Of a stretch of DNA of 64,000 nucleotides, positions 40,031 to 51,411 are shown piece after piece. The DNA is taken from assembly GCA_963765495.1 (NCBI GenBank), contig CAVXWP010000017.1, forward strand, positions 126,735 to 190,734, in the 5' to 3' direction. Each line of letters opens with the position of its first letter. The stretch's first letter is position 1. A model generated the notes under the pieces. It was not told the DNA's origin, ran no database searches, and was given only the letters and a program-made list of their open reading frames with translations. The stretch is from Blastocatellia bacterium. Its GTDB lineage: Bacteria; Acidobacteriota; Blastocatellia; UBA7656. Made by a program: the position numbers and the translations under genes.

Positions 40031-43000
40031 ATGAAGCGACGTTTTCAGAAACAGGTCTTTGTGCGAAGTGGCGCGAAAGTTTTACTAAGCGCGCTTCTTT
40101 GCTTGCAGATGATCGCCGGGAGCGTGCTTGCGCAAACCGGCGCATCTTCCGTGAGCGGTACGGTGACTGACCCGGAAGGACAGGCCATCGCAGGCGCTAC
40201 TGTAAAATTGATAAGCGCCGATACAAACGCCGTGCGCACCCAAACCACAAGAGACAACGGCTCGTTTGTCTTTGATCTCATTCAGCCCGGCTCTTACCGC
40301 GTCGAAGCGGAAGCCTCGGGTTTCAAGAAGGGGGTCGTGACCGAAGTCCGGGCGCTTGTGGCCAAACCGACTACCGTAAACATCGCCCTTGAAGTCGGGG
40401 ACATTGCCGAATCGGTTACGGTCACGGCAGCGGGCGGAGAAACCCTTATCAATACGAAAGACGCCACGATAGGCAACAATTTCGTCTCGCAGCAGATCGA
40501 GCAGTTGCCTCTGGAATCGCGCAATGTGGTCCAACTATTGAGCCTGCAACCGGGCGTAGCCCCGGACGGGTCAGTCACGGGCTCGCGCGCCGATCAGGCA
40601 AACGTGACGCTCGACGGCATTGACGTAAACGAACAGCAGACTGGGCTCGACGTAGATACCTCGGAGGCATTCGCGAGCGTGCTTCGTGTGACGCCCGATT
40701 CCGTACAGGAGTTCCGCGTCACGACTACCAATCCGAACGCCGCGCAGGGACGTTCGAGCGGCGCGCAGGTATCGCTTGTCACAAAAGGCGGCGGGAATGA
40801 ATTTCACGGCTCGCTTTATGAATTTCACCGCAACACGGCTACGTCGGCAAACAACTTTTTCAACAATGCCGCCGGGCGATACACCGCAAATGATTTCGAA
40901 GTCATAAGCGGGCAAAAGAACGTAGGCGAAGAGAAGCTTCCGACCCCGAAACTGATCCGCAATCTGTTTGGCGGGTCAATCGGCGGGCCTATCAAAAAGG
41001 ACAGGGCGTTTTTCTTTTACAATTATGAAGGCAGGCGCGATGCAAGCGAAGAGAGCGTCGGGCCGAGAGATGTTCCGCTCCCGAGTCTTGGCCGGGGCGA
41101 AGTGCGATTCGTCAACTCTTCGGGAGGCATAACTACGCTTTCGGCCAGCCAGATAAACGCGCTCTTTCCGGCAGGCGTAAACCCGGCGGGGCTTGCAGTG
41201 CTGGCAGACGCAGCCCAAAGATATCCGGCCAATGACATCAACGCAGGAGACGGGCTCAATACGGGCGGTTTCCGCTTCAACGCCCCCAAGCCGTTGAAGT
41301 ACAGCACACACATAGCGCGGCTGGATTTCAATCTGACCGAGGATGCCAGTCAGATACTCTTCTTCCGGGCCAATTATCAGCAGGACCTCGTCGGCGGCAC
41401 TCCGCAATTCCCGGACACGCCTACGCCTGATTTTTGGAATCACCCGATCGGGTTTGCCATCGGTCACACATGGTCGGCGACAAAATCGCTGGTCAATGAT
41501 TTCCGATACGGATTGACCCGCCTCGCATTTTCAAGCTTCGGCGATTCGACCGATAACGACATCTCATTCCGTTTCGTCTATTCGCCGCGCCTTTTCACCC
41601 GCACGCTGGACCGCACTACGCCGGTTCACAACTTTACCGATGACGTGTCGTGGCTGAAGGGAAATCACAATTACCAGTTTGGAACAAATATCCGGCTGAT
41701 CAAGAATAACCGGTCGTCGTTCCGCAACTCGTTTGATTTCGCCATAGCCAATCCCTCTTTCTATGACCAGTCGGGAGCAGTTCTTAGCAGACCGATTTCA
41801 GGTATAGGGTCCGGGTGGACCTCGAATGTTCGAAGCGCCGTCTCGGCCGTCATTGGGCGTTTCTCGGAATATTCGGGCAATTTCAATTTCGGAGCGGATG
41901 GAGGCCTGCTGTCGGTCGGCGAAGGCGTAAGTCGTACTTTCGCCACTCAGGAGTACGATTTCTATTTCCAGGATACGTGGAAGCTGTCGCAGAGCCTCAC
42001 CTTCACTTACGGGCTGCGTTACGGATTGAGCAAACCGGTTTATGAGACCCACGGATTGGAGGTCAAGCCGACCGTAAGCCTGGGCGAGTATTTCGAGAAG
42101 AGGAAGGCCAGCGCCGCTCAGGGCATTCCCTTCAACGATCCAATAACGGTAGACCTGGCCGGACCGGCAAACGGCAAGCCCGGTTTTTATGACTGGGACA
42201 AGAACAACTTCCAACCGCGCGTGGCCCTGGCGTGGTCGCCGGAATTTGAGAATCACTTCCTGCACAAGCTCTTTGGCAACAAGGGCGATTCGGTCTTTCG
42301 CGGAGGGTTTGCGATCACAAACGATCACATAGGCCAGCAGCTTGCAGTTCAATTCGACCTCAACAGCACGCTTGGATTCTCTTCGAGTCAAGAGATCGCG
42401 GCCAACACTTTCAACGTAACCGACCGTCTCGCGCCTCAATTCACCGGCTTCGGACAGGACATTCGTTCTTTGCCAAAGATCAGCGTTCCAAGCTCGCTCT
42501 CGTTCCCGCTCGTAACACCGTCGGATGAAGAACAGAGAATCGAATCATCGCTCGATGACTCAATCGTCACCCCGGTCAATTACAGCTGGAATGTTTCTTA
42601 CGGTCGCAAACTGCCCGGCGGGTTGTTCCTTGAGGCGGCTTACATAGGCCGCAAAGCGAGAAACCTTCTTGCCACACGCGACGTGATGGCATTGAACAAC
42701 CTCGTAGACCAGAAATCGGGAGCGGACTGGTACACGGCAGCAGGACAGATCGCCGATCTGCGTGACGCCAATACGCCGCTCAGAAAGGTGCAGCCTATCC
42801 CGTATTTTGAAAACCTCTTCCCCGGTCTGGGAGACAATTTCTGGGGAGACTCGTCACTTTCGGCAACGCAGTCGGTCTACCAGATTGTAGCGCGAAAGGA
42901 TTATCTGGGATTCGATTTCTACGACGTTCTCGACTGGACCTTTGTACAGTTGTTGATTGACGATCTGGGAATCTATCCGAATATGTTCTTCCATCCGCAG

Positions 43001-43843
43001 TACGCCGCGCTTGCGACATTCTCTACGATAGCCAAATCGGATTATCACGCGGGAACGCTGACCCTGCGCGAGCGATACAAAGAGCAACTCTATCTGGATT
43101 TCAACTACACCTTCTCGAAGTCAATCGACAACGCTTCGGGGCTCCAGACCTCCAGTTCTTACGGCTCGGCCTTTATCCTGAACCCGCTTCGGCCCCAGGA
43201 CAATCGAGCCGTGTCTGATTTCGACATCAGGCACATAATCAACATCAACGGCACCTATCAGCTTCCGGTAGGCCGCAACCGCAAGTTCCTGAACGATGCT
43301 CCGGGATTTGTAAACGCGATACTTGGCGGGTGGCAGCTTACAGGCATCTACAGATGGAACACGGGTCTGCCCGTGATCGGCGGCGGATTCTTTGACGCGG
43401 CGCAGTGGGCTACAAACTGGAACGCCCAGAGCTTTGGCGTGCGGATACGTCCGATTGAATCGTCTCCGACACGCGGAGGCAAGGACGGTCCCAAGCTGTT
43501 TTCAGATCCTCTGCAAGCTTATCAAAGCTTCCGCAATGCGCGAGCCGGAGAGACGGGCGACCGCAACGCCTTTAGAGTGCCCGGCTATGTCACTCTCGAT
43601 ATGGGGCTGGATAAGTCGTTCACCATGCCCTGGAAAGAGACTCACAAATTACAGTTCCGATGGGAAGTCTTTAACGTGACCAACACGCAGCGCCTGACGG
43701 TGGATTCGGATGGGGTCACTCGTTCGACCTTCGGCCTGCCACAGGACCCGAATCTCGGCGAGCCGTCATCTGTATTCAGCAACCTGAACGCCATACAGGG
43801 GACGCCGCGCGTAATGCAGTTTGCGCTGCGCTATTCCTTCTAA
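40031..43843 (+). CDS. TonB-dependent receptor, Oar-like with carboxypeptidase regulatory-like N-domain
   Basis: Signal peptide, [32 protein letters not shown] and C-terminal [12 protein letters not shown]. Confidence 0.93.
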   Translation: MKRRFQKQVFVRSGAKVLLSALLCLQMIAGSVLAQTGASSVSGTVTDPEGQAIAGATVKLISADTNAVRTQTTRDNGSFVFDLIQPGSYRVEAEASGFKKGVVTEVRALVAKPTTVNIALEVGDIAESVTVTAAGGETLINTKDATIGNNFVSQQIEQLPLESRNVVQLLSLQPGVAPDGSVTGSRADQANVTLDGIDVNEQQTGLDVDTSEAFASVLRVTPDSVQEFRVTTTNPNAAQGRSSGAQVSLVTKGGGNEFHGSLYEFHRNTATSANNFFNNAAGRYTANDFEVISGQKNVGEEKLPTPKLIRNLFGGSIGGPIKKDRAFFFYNYEGRRDASEESVGPRDVPLPSLGRGEVRFVNSSGGITTLSASQINALFPAGVNPAGLAVLADAAQRYPANDINAGDGLNTGGFRFNAPKPLKYSTHIARLDFNLTEDASQILFFRANYQQDLVGGTPQFPDTPTPDFWNHPIGFAIGHTWSATKSLVNDFRYGLTRLAFSSFGDSTDNDISFRFVYSPRLFTRTLDRTTPVHNFTDDVSWLKGNHNYQFGTNIRLIKNNRSSFRNSFDFAIANPSFYDQSGAVLSRPISGIGSGWTSNVRSAVSAVIGRFSEYSGNFNFGADGGLLSVGEGVSRTFATQEYDFYFQDTWKLSQSLTFTYGLRYGLSKPVYETHGLEVKPTVSLGEYFEKRKASAAQGIPFNDPITVDLAGPANGKPGFYDWDKNNFQPRVALAWSPEFENHFLHKLFGNKGDSVFRGGFAITNDHIGQQLAVQFDLNSTLGFSSSQEIAANTFNVTDRLAPQFTGFGQDIRSLPKISVPSSLSFPLVTPSDEEQRIESSLDDSIVTPVNYSWNVSYGRKLPGGLFLEAAYIGRKARNLLATRDVMALNNLVDQKSGADWYTAAGQIADLRDANTPLRKVQPIPYFENLFPGLGDNFWGDSSLSATQSVYQIVARKDYLGFDFYDVLDWTFVQLLIDDLGIYPNMFFHPQYAALATFSTIAKSDYHAGTLTLRERYKEQLYLDFNYTFSKSIDNASGLQTSSSYGSAFILNPLRPQDNRAVSDFDIRHIININGTYQLPVGRNRKFLNDAPGFVNAILGGWQLTGIYRWNTGLPVIGGGFFDAAQWATNWNAQSFGVRIRPIESSPTRGGKDGPKLFSDPLQAYQSFRNARAGETGDRNAFRVPGYVTLDMGLDKSFTMPWKETHKLQFRWEVFNVTNTQRLTVDSDGVTRSTFGLPQDPNLGEPSSVFSNLNAIQGTPRVMQFALRYSF

Positions 43844-43871
43844 CAGGGTGACATATCTTCGCTCACCTGAG

Positions 43872-43910
43872 GCGGGCCGGGATTTTCTTTCCGGCCCGCT
43901 ATTTTTTATT
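43872..43910 (+). terminator. intrinsic terminator
   Basis: gcgggccgg...ccggcccgc stem followed by attttttatt. Confidence 0.8.
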
Positions 43911-44016
43911 CGGCTGAATTTGCCGCCCGTATTTGACGCGCAAGCGCGCAATCAAGATAATGGGCATCTGTCGTTTCCGACATCCGAGTATGCGATTCCA
44001 ATATAGAGAGGCACTG

Positions 44017-44484
44017 ATGAATACTACCAGCAGAGCAGATGTTGAAAGACCGGTAAGGCCGCGCGCGGCTTTATGGATGGCCTTAATCGCTTTGATCCTG
44101 ATCGCCGCAGCCTGTGGAGGCGAACACAACTCAGGCACTGCGTCCAATCGTTACCCGGCGGGCAGCGTGACCGAAGAAGACATGGGGAAGACGCTCAAAT
44201 TCGACGCCCGCGTGCAGGATTACGAGACCGACGGCGACAAACTTATAGTCAATGTGAATCAGGAGTGGGTCTCTTCGCCGCCCGGCATACAGGCTCGCGC
44301 GCTCGACCAGTGGTACAACATGTGGCAGGCCGCGCACCGCTCAAGCGACAGCGCGCCTACAAAGGGACTTGAAGTCATCGTCCGTCACGAGGGCGAAGAC
44401 GTGGCAAGCTGGACAGACGAAGAAGGCTATAAACCCGTGATACGAAAGAAAGAGAAAGAAGACAAGTCGGATTCCGAAAGCTAG
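44017..44484 (+). CDS. hypothetical lipoprotein
   Basis: Hydrophobic stretch ending in AAAC lipobox; GAGG ribosome-binding site before ATG 44017. Confidence 0.7.
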   Translation: MNTTSRADVERPVRPRAALWMALIALILIAAACGGEHNSGTASNRYPAGSVTEEDMGKTLKFDARVQDYETDGDKLIVNVNQEWVSSPPGIQARALDQWYNMWQAAHRSSDSAPTKGLEVIVRHEGEDVASWTDEEGYKPVIRKKEKEDKSDSES

Positions 44485-44491
44485 ACTGAAC

Positions 44492-44649
44492 AGGGGCCGG
44501 GGTCGGTTGAGTTCAGGGGCTCATCGTTTTACTTCGGACTTCATAATTAGCGGATTGGTAATAGGCCACGGATGACGCGGATGCGACAGATTTTCGTGGA
44601 TGAGCGATGCCTTAAATGAGACTGGCCCCCGGCCCCTGACCCCTGGCCC
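44492..44649. repeat. inverted heptamer (GGGGCCG/CCCCTGG-like) element with a nested CGCGGAT half-element
   Basis: aggggccggggtcgg ... ggcccccggcccctgacccctggccc, with aataggccacggatgacgcggatgcg inside. Confidence 0.55.
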
Positions 44650-44951
44650 AAAAAACTTAAATGGGGGCGAGAAGCCCGGCTTTTGCAGCTTCTCGCCCGG
44701 AGCAGCACAACGCACTATGGTCACAGCGTCAAGATTTTGCTGGTCTTTTCAAGTAACTGTGCCACAAGGGCTTTAACCCGGTATTTCCATAACCTGAACG
44801 ATTCGTTAATTCTGGCGAGTTAAAATCAATCCGGTAACTTCTCATCAAAATGCACTCTTCGATCTATGCGTATCCGTATTAAGAATAAGAGTACGATAAT
44901 GATAGACGCTCTTGACGCGCAGGCGGCTTTTGCGCAAACGGTTGGGAAGAG

Positions 44952-45341
44952 ATGGTATATATCTTCAAGAAATTCCATAGCGTTGTTTGCGCATCGTCGG
45001 ACAAACTCGGCTTTGTCGCGATGGCCGCGCTCGCGCTCGTGCTCGCCATAGGCGCAAACAGCGCCGCTTTCAGCACGCTCGATGTTTTCCCTTTGACGGA
45101 TTCCAACTCTTCTTCGATCTTCTGGGGTAAGAGCCTCCGGCCCCAGTCAATTTCAGGGACCGTAACGCAGGCATCAGCCCGCTCTGCTCCTTTCGACGAG
45201 CAGGTCAAAGCAGACATATCTGAACGAAAAGAACAGATAAACAAGCCAAATCGGCCGCAGATCAAAATGGATTACGCCGATCTGATTCGCAATTATTCTC
45301 CAGGTAATCCTTTGGATCGCGTTTCATCCGGGGCCTTTTGA
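44952..45341 (+). CDS. small hypothetical protein with an ADOP/MacB permease-like N-terminal helix
   Basis: GFVAMAALALVLAIGANSAAFS resembles the PGFTAVAVLTLALGIGANTAIFS start of ABC-type orphan permeases. Confidence 0.45.
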   Translation: MVYIFKKFHSVVCASSDKLGFVAMAALALVLAIGANSAAFSTLDVFPLTDSNSSSIFWGKSLRPQSISGTVTQASARSAPFDEQVKADISERKEQINKPNRPQIKMDYADLIRNYSPGNPLDRVSSGAF

Positions 45342-45399
45342 CGCTATCGCAAACGTATCGGGCCCAATTGGGCCGCGATGAAATCCGAAGGGGTCTATC

Positions 45400-47010
45400 G
45401 TGAAAGCTCGCGCCGCAATCAGCATAATCGCTCTGGCAATCCTGATACCGCCGTCCGGGTTTCAGCGCCCGGTTTTGTCTCAAACCGACACGCGGTTGAA
45501 TCAGGAATTTGCCGATCAAATCAAATCGCTTTTTATAGAAAATCCCGACGGGGCCACAGAGGTCCAGACCTGGCCGGGCAAGACGGTGCGCGTTACTGCC
45601 CCGGACCCGGAAGGCGTTACATTCGACCGTCCCTTTCCGGGCGCGCTGAAGGTCTCTGTAAAGCGGATGGTAGGCGCAGGCCCTCCGAATCTTATCGTTT
45701 ACGCGCCCGCCCACATAAGCCTCTCTGTGAAGGGCGCGAAATACCCTGTCACGATCAGGGGCTTGATGGCCGGAGCATCGGTCGAGACAGCCAGCGGCGA
45801 CATCGCGCTTTACATCCCGGCCAATTCAAATGCCGATTTTTCGATGCGCGCCTTTGAGGGGGCGATTTTCTCAAAGCTCCCGCTTGCGATCTTCGGCCCG
45901 GTCGGCTCGCACAGCGTTGATGGAAAGATCGGTATGGGTGGTGCCCCGATCATACTTCGCAGCCTCAGAGGCCGGATCAACCTCTTGCCTGATGATCCTT
46001 CTCGAATAGCGGCAATCGAAGGATCTGAATTTGAGGATGCCGCTACTACCGAGGCGGGGCCGACCCTTGCGTCCCACGAGGATTCCGGGACGAATATCGG
46101 GGCAAACGCTTTCATCTCCGGTCGGATCACCGAAGAACAACCAGCCGCTATAAAGCTCGAAACGCGACTGGTCAATCTCAATGTCAAGGTGACGGATATA
46201 AACAGCAGGAGCATTGCCAATCTAAGAAAAGAAGACTTTCTGGTATTTGAAGACGGCGAGCAACAGGAGATCACCTACTTCGAGCCCATCACTGCGCCGG
46301 TCAATCTGGTGCTGCTTCTGGATTTGAGCGGCAGCACAAGAGACAAGATAAAGGCGATGCGAAAAGCGGCCAGGCAATTCATAGAATCGCTCAACCCCGG
46401 CGACCGCGTGGCCGTCGCGGCATTCACGCGCCGATTTATGGTGATCTCGAATTTCACGACTGACCGCGCCCTTTTATTGAAACGCATCGACGATATGAAG
46501 AATCGCAGCGGAGGAACGGCTTATTATGACGCGATGTGGGCGACGCTCGATCTATTCAAGGAGATCAACGAGACTCGAAAGGCGATAGTGGTGCTGACAG
46601 ACGGCGTAGACAATTCGCTCTCCGAGTCGGACCATTATGAAGCCAAACACCCGTTTGACGATTTGCTCGACCGCATAGTGCGGGAAGAACCCACGATCTA
46701 TCCAATCTATTTCGACACGGAATATGAAGTAGTGGTGAAGAGAGGAGACGGGTCTCACGAAGAGTACGTCACGGCTCGCGAGCAACTTCAGCAGATCGCA
46801 TCTCAGACCGGGGGCATGCTCTTCAAAGCGGAGCGGTTTGAGGACCTCGACAGAGCCTACCAGCAGGTCGCATCGGAACTGCATACGCTTTACAGCCTGG
46901 CTTACACGGCGAAGAACGCAAAGAAGGACGGACGGTGGCGCACGATCAGCATCAAGGTGGACCGCAACGCGGCCACTGCCCGCACTCGTCCGGGTTATTT
47001 CGCAAAGTGA
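45400..47010 (+). CDS. acidobacterial-type VWA protein with N-terminal adhesin-like (DUF4097-like) region
   Basis: LVNLNVKVTD...F.VFEDGEQQEI, DLSGS, GGTAYYDA, RKAIVVLTDG, YSLAY and ARTRPGYF. Confidence 0.85.
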   Translation: MKARAAISIIALAILIPPSGFQRPVLSQTDTRLNQEFADQIKSLFIENPDGATEVQTWPGKTVRVTAPDPEGVTFDRPFPGALKVSVKRMVGAGPPNLIVYAPAHISLSVKGAKYPVTIRGLMAGASVETASGDIALYIPANSNADFSMRAFEGAIFSKLPLAIFGPVGSHSVDGKIGMGGAPIILRSLRGRINLLPDDPSRIAAIEGSEFEDAATTEAGPTLASHEDSGTNIGANAFISGRITEEQPAAIKLETRLVNLNVKVTDINSRSIANLRKEDFLVFEDGEQQEITYFEPITAPVNLVLLLDLSGSTRDKIKAMRKAARQFIESLNPGDRVAVAAFTRRFMVISNFTTDRALLLKRIDDMKNRSGGTAYYDAMWATLDLFKEINETRKAIVVLTDGVDNSLSESDHYEAKHPFDDLLDRIVREEPTIYPIYFDTEYEVVVKRGDGSHEEYVTAREQLQQIASQTGGMLFKAERFEDLDRAYQQVASELHTLYSLAYTAKNAKKDGRWRTISIKVDRNAATARTRPGYFAK

Positions 47011-47015
47011 TTGAT

Positions 47016-47106
47016 GTGATGCGTGATGCGTGACCTTTAGACAGGCTGTCTGTCAAAGTAAATTTGCAAGACTTGTAAATCACGCATCACGTATCGCGTA
47101 TCACGT
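47016..47106. repeat. inverted heptamer (GCGTGAT/ATCACGC) element between convergent genes
   Basis: gtgatgcgtgatgcgtga ... aatcacgcatcacgtatcgcgtatcacgt. Confidence 0.8.
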
Positions 47107-47112
47107 ACCGAT

Positions 47113-48594
47113 TCAGCGATTTTCCGCGATCTCTATGGCTTGCAGCATCGCGCGAGCTTTGTTGACCGTCTCTACGTATTCGGTTTCCGGCACGGAATCG
47201 GCCACGATCCCCGCGCCTGCCTGTATGTAGGCTTTGCCGTCTTTAACCAGTATTGTCCGTATCGCAATACAGGAATCGAGGTTTCCCGAATAATCCAGAT
47301 ACATCACAGCGCCGCCGTAAATGCCCCGACGAGTCGGCTCAAGCTCGTCGATGATCTCCATAGCTCGAACCTTGGGCGCGCCCGATACGGTTCCGGCGGG
47401 AAAACACGAGGCCAGAGCGTCGAAACGATCACTTCCCTGACGAAGCCGGGCCTTTATGCCTGAGACCAGATGCATGACGTGCGAGTATCGCTCGACGATC
47501 ATCTGTTCTGTGACTTCAACCGATCCATAATCGGATACGCGTCCCAGGTCGTTGCGTCCGAGGTCCACAAGCATCACGTGCTCGGCCACCTCCTTCTCAT
47601 CGGCTCGCATCTCTTCGCCAAGCAGCACGTCTTCGGTATCTGTAGCCCCGCGCGGCCTTGTGCCCGCGATGGGTCGATATTCGAGCCTGCGGCCCGTCGC
47701 GCGAACAAGCATCTCGGGCGAGGCTCCGAGTACGTACTGATCCTCCATCCGCAGATAAAACATGTAAGGCGATGGGTTGACCACTCGCAAAGCGCGATAG
47801 ACCTCAAACGGATGGGCGACGAGATTGACCTTGAATCGCTGGGAAAGGACTACTTGAAATATGTCGCCCGCCGAGATGTACTGCTTTGCGCGCTCGACCG
47901 CCCGCTCGAACTCCACTTTGGTCAGGTTCGATGATACGCGCGGTTTTTCGTCCGGCTCGCGCCGGGGCAAAAGCTCTATGGGATCCTCCAGCCGCGCCTC
48001 CATGGCTTCAAGCTCATCAACGGCCCGGTTGTATTCCTCTTCCAGATTATCGCGCTTGCCTCCGGTAAATACATTGGCGATCAGGTGTATCTGATGACGG
48101 GCGTGATCAAAGGCGAGCAGACGCGAAAAAAACATCATCACGGATGTGTCTATCCGCAAATCGTCCGGGTTATTGTCGGGTATTCGCTCGAACCAGCGTA
48201 CTGCGTCATAGCCCATGTAACCGACCGCGCCGCAGACGAATGGCGGCAAATCGGGGAACCGAACGGGTATGTGTTTCCCCGCAACCATACGCAGGGTCTC
48301 AAGCATTGTCCGGTCAGATTCTTCAACGCCTCCGGCCTTTTCTATGGTCACGCGGCCATCGGCAGCGCGCAAAATAAGGTGTGGATCGTAGCCTAAAAAG
48401 GAGTACCGGGCTACCTTTTCGCCGCCCTCGACCGATTCGAGCAGGAACGAGTAGCGGCTCAACCTCTCGATTTTCAGATAGGCGGCCACGGGCGTCAGTA
48501 AATCAGCCATCACCCGCTTTACGACGGGAATGACGGTTCCATCACCTGTCAGCTTCAGGAAGTCTTCGTAAGTAGCCGGGGTGAGATCATTCAT
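47113..48594 (-). CDS. trpE: anthranilate synthase component I
   Basis: FLLESVEGGEK.ARYS, GDIFQVVLSQR, NPSPYM, PIAGTRPRG, EHVMLVDLGRND and FPAGTVSGAPK. Confidence 0.95.
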   Translation of the reverse strand: MNDLTPATYEDFLKLTGDGTVIPVVKRVMADLLTPVAAYLKIERLSRYSFLLESVEGGEKVARYSFLGYDPHLILRAADGRVTIEKAGGVEESDRTMLETLRMVAGKHIPVRFPDLPPFVCGAVGYMGYDAVRWFERIPDNNPDDLRIDTSVMMFFSRLLAFDHARHQIHLIANVFTGGKRDNLEEEYNRAVDELEAMEARLEDPIELLPRREPDEKPRVSSNLTKVEFERAVERAKQYISAGDIFQVVLSQRFKVNLVAHPFEVYRALRVVNPSPYMFYLRMEDQYVLGASPEMLVRATGRRLEYRPIAGTRPRGATDTEDVLLGEEMRADEKEVAEHVMLVDLGRNDLGRVSDYGSVEVTEQMIVERYSHVMHLVSGIKARLRQGSDRFDALASCFPAGTVSGAPKVRAMEIIDELEPTRRGIYGGAVMYLDYSGNLDSCIAIRTILVKDGKAYIQAGAGIVADSVPETEYVETVNKARAMLQAIEIAENR

Positions 48595-48601
48595 CAATTT
48601 T

Positions 48602-49261
48602 TCAGTCCTGAACGGGCTGGCTCGCCCGCGCCGCGCGACGGGCCAGTTCATCGTGAACGTCGCTCAATTTTACATCGCGCTCGACCATAAGCACCAGCAG
48701 ATGAAAAAAGAGATCGGACAGTTCCGAAACAATCTCGTGAGGCGAGCGGTTCTTGGCGGCTATTATGACTTCGCCAGACTCTTCGGCGATCTTTTTCAGT
48801 ATCTTATCCAGCCCGCTGTTGAACAGATAGGCCGTGTAAGAGCCTTCGGGCCGGGTCGCTTCCCTTTCGGCGATCAGGGTGTAGAGGTTTGTGATCGTAA
48901 GGCCGAATTCCATAGAGCCTACATCTATAAGCGAGACCCCGGTCGAAACACTCGCTTTCGATTCAACCGCGTCCTTTAGCAGGCTTTGAGCCGGGCGGCG
49001 CTCGCCGGAAGAATCGCGCTCGATGAGCGCCGTGAGCGAGTTGCCGTCCTGATTAACCCTGATATCCAGAAGCCGGTACGGCTCTTCGTTTGCGCCTGAG
49101 GCGAGCGCCGCGCTTAAAAAACTGGCCCGCCCGGTTTTGAGCGTCTCCATAAGGCTGGCATTATCTATATGACAGAGGGCGATCACTTCGCCACCGTCTG
49201 CCTCCTGTACGATGACGGGGATCAATCCCCGGTCATCGAATTTTATATTCTGAATAATCAT
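48602..49261 (-). CDS. hisE: phosphoribosyl-ATP diphosphatase HisE fused to a degenerate HisI domain
   Basis: HisE part EGSYTAYLF..G.DKILKK.AEE.GEVIIAAK is intact. The HisI-like start KFDDRGLIPVIVQ is present but the DCD and CH...SCF motifs are missing. Confidence 0.85.
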   Translation of the reverse strand: MIIQNIKFDDRGLIPVIVQEADGGEVIALCHIDNASLMETLKTGRASFLSAALASGANEEPYRLLDIRVNQDGNSLTALIERDSSGERRPAQSLLKDAVESKASVSTGVSLIDVGSMEFGLTITNLYTLIAEREATRPEGSYTAYLFNSGLDKILKKIAEESGEVIIAAKNRSPHEIVSELSDLFFHLLVLMVERDVKLSDVHDELARRAARASQPVQD

Positions 49262-49275
49262 CTCAACGACTCTTT

Positions 49276-49406
49276 GAGGGATGAGGGATGAGGGATGAAA
49301 AAGAGCCTTGCGTATAATCCTGATAATAAGCCGCTCGCTATTTTTCAGAATGATTCCTCAGAGTCCTATTCATCCCTCATCCCTCATCCCTCATCCCTCA
49401 TCCCTC
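49276..49406. repeat. inverted heptamer (AGGGATG/CATCCCT) repeat element
   Basis: (gagggat)x3 ... (catccct)x5; same family as 15283-15398. Confidence 0.88.
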
Positions 49407-49409
49407 AAA

Positions 49410-49625
49410 TCACGGTCTGGTAATTTGCAGGAGCCTGTTTGCAAGCCGCTCACGGTCTTCACGGCGGCGAATGTAGATTCTGCGATGAAATCCATGGGCA
49501 TCTATCCAGGTAACGCCGTCAATGACTATAACCCGGTGGACGTTATAAGGCATGGTTCGGCGGCGTTCGACCACTCTGCGGTCTTCACCGGATCTTCTTT
49601 CCTCACCATTCCAATCAGTCATCAA
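49410..49625 (-). CDS. small hypothetical protein with ERR/DRR motifs
   Basis: Overlaps the stop of the upstream gene (translational coupling); EERRSGEDRRVVERRR. Confidence 0.55.
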   Translation of the reverse strand: MMTDWNGEERRSGEDRRVVERRRTMPYNVHRVIVIDGVTWIDAHGFHRRIYIRRREDRERLANRLLQITRP

Positions 49626-50434
49626 TTTATGGGGGATGCCGTCTTTCTCGGTCTGGTTGCAGTCACGGTCTTTGTCGTCGCTCGTTTCCTGTTTGGCCGG
49701 GCCATGCGGTCAATGTGCAGATGGAGCCCGGTCGCATATGTATCAGCCGGACGATTGAGGCTCTGGCTGCGCGCGTTGTGAGCTTCCACCTTCTCCCATG
49801 TAGAAAAATCCTTTACTCGCAATCCCAGCCGCTTCCCCGTCTCGATCAGAAAACTGATCTGATCGCGGCTCAGGTCGCGCACGCGAACATCTATGGCGCT
49901 GCCCCTGCCATAGAGCCTGCGATGTTCTTCGTGATCGGCCCCGGTGACAACGAATTCGCGCTTGAATTTCTCTTGAAACATCCGCTCAAGTTCCGTGAAC
50001 TTACGCTGAAAATCCTCGGCTGTGAGAGGGCCTGTGATGGTCTCGTCCTCTTCGGTTTCATCCGAATCGGCAAGCTCTTCGGGGCGGCCGTCAAACTCCT
50101 GAGTCTTCCATCCTTTTGCGTTTGACTCTTTGAAGGCGTCGGTTTGATAACGCTTTATCGTCTCGATGACCTCGCGCCAGCCCTGCAAAAGGCGATCATC
50201 GCTTCTGACATCGTGACCCGACTCCAAAAAATAATCGACCGCGCGATCAAAGGCTTGCCGAGCACAGTCCATATCTCCTGCCTGATAACAGGACGCGCCC
50301 TTATTCAATTGCAGCCGCGCACCCGCCAGTATGCTCTCTCTATCGGGAAGGCTCGCGGTCGCTGTCGTTTGCGCTCCAACATCAACCGTCGTCAGAAAAG
50401 ATATTATGAAAATTAAGATAGCGGCTTTGAACAT
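49622..50434 (-). CDS. exported protein with putative M15/Hedgehog-like Zn peptidase C-domain
   Basis: Signal peptide, TPR-like N-part and H-x7-AID ... HLH pattern (EHRRLYGRGSAIDVRV...GLHLHID). Confidence 0.6.
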   Translation of the reverse strand: MFKAAILIFIISFLTTVDVGAQTTATASLPDRESILAGARLQLNKGASCYQAGDMDCARQAFDRAVDYFLESGHDVRSDDRLLQGWREVIETIKRYQTDAFKESNAKGWKTQEFDGRPEELADSDETEEDETITGPLTAEDFQRKFTELERMFQEKFKREFVVTGADHEEHRRLYGRGSAIDVRVRDLSRDQISFLIETGKRLGLRVKDFSTWEKVEAHNARSQSLNRPADTYATGLHLHIDRMARPNRKRATTKTVTATRPRKTASPIN

Positions 50435-50584
50435 TGAAAAAATCTTGGTTTGATTCCCAACCCCTTGCCAGATATCCCGGCCCGATGATAATCCCCATAA
50501 TCGGGCTTCGGAACACGAATTCTATCAAGCCCGATCAGAGGTTGTAAACAAAGGCCGAAATAATAATTAGGCTGATCGAGACGA

Positions 50585-51367
50585 TCAGAATTGACTGTTG
50601 GCGGCCCTTTCGGAATATTCCGTAAGGAGTTGAACCGCATCAGGTTCACCTGTCGCAGCCCTATGTTTGAGGCTGCGGTAATAGATGACCAGCGTAATTA
50701 CAAGGATTGCGATTGAGATGACGGACCAGCCTATGGCCCATATTACTGCGGGAACGAATCCGCCCGTGGCCCGCGCCATGTTCTGCGCGTCGGTCGATAA
50801 AGCGGGCTGAAAAGCCGACAGGTACATCAACGTGCGAAGATCATAAAACGCGTTTAGCACCAGTTGTATTGCCAGAAAACTCATCAGGAAATGAACTATC
50901 CGAGGTTTTGCTTTCAAGCCTAGCGCGAGACATCCAAACCCCATCGCCAACCCTGTGAGCCAGGCCCCAAGGTTGCCGCCGAAAAAGAGCGTCACTACAA
51001 GCAACAACGCGCCCGTAACGATTGCGGCGGTTCGAGCGTGTCGGGCCTTGCGCAACCATAGCAGCAGGGCCGAGCCAAAAAGCGTAGTGCTCAGATAGCC
51101 CGCGCTCGATATCAGAAAACCCGCGCCCCCAATCGTCTCCGTCACCCCGCTGCCGCTCCAGAAAATGGCTATGCGGTTGACCGCTCCAAACGTGGCAAGC
51201 GCGGCCACGGCGTGACCCGTTTCGTGTATGAAGGTCACAAACAGCCGTATCGGATATGTGATGAATTCGGCAAAAGGAATAAACCACAGCGCAAGCGTAA
51301 GCATCGACGCAAGCACCAGCAGTTTGAACGAATCTTTGACTTCGGTCTGGCTTTGCATATTCATCAT
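50585..51367 (-). CDS. M50B-like membrane metallopeptidase
   Basis: FIHETGHA (HExxH), SAGYL and TDA motifs; multiple TM helices. Confidence 0.88.
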   Translation of the reverse strand: MMNMQSQTEVKDSFKLLVLASMLTLALWFIPFAEFITYPIRLFVTFIHETGHAVAALATFGAVNRIAIFWSGSGVTETIGGAGFLISSAGYLSTTLFGSALLLWLRKARHARTAAIVTGALLLVVTLFFGGNLGAWLTGLAMGFGCLALGLKAKPRIVHFLMSFLAIQLVLNAFYDLRTLMYLSAFQPALSTDAQNMARATGGFVPAVIWAIGWSVISIAILVITLVIYYRSLKHRAATGEPDAVQLLTEYSERAANSQF

Positions 51368-51411
51368 CCTTTACGTCTTTGCGAGAAGTGATGTTCAATC
51401 AGGCTCGCAAT

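Noticed and set aside
49308-49781. 157-aa ORF with HPSSLIP repeats
   Set aside because: The peptide repeat is the translation of the CATCCCT heptamer array, and the ORF lies antisense to two better-supported genes.
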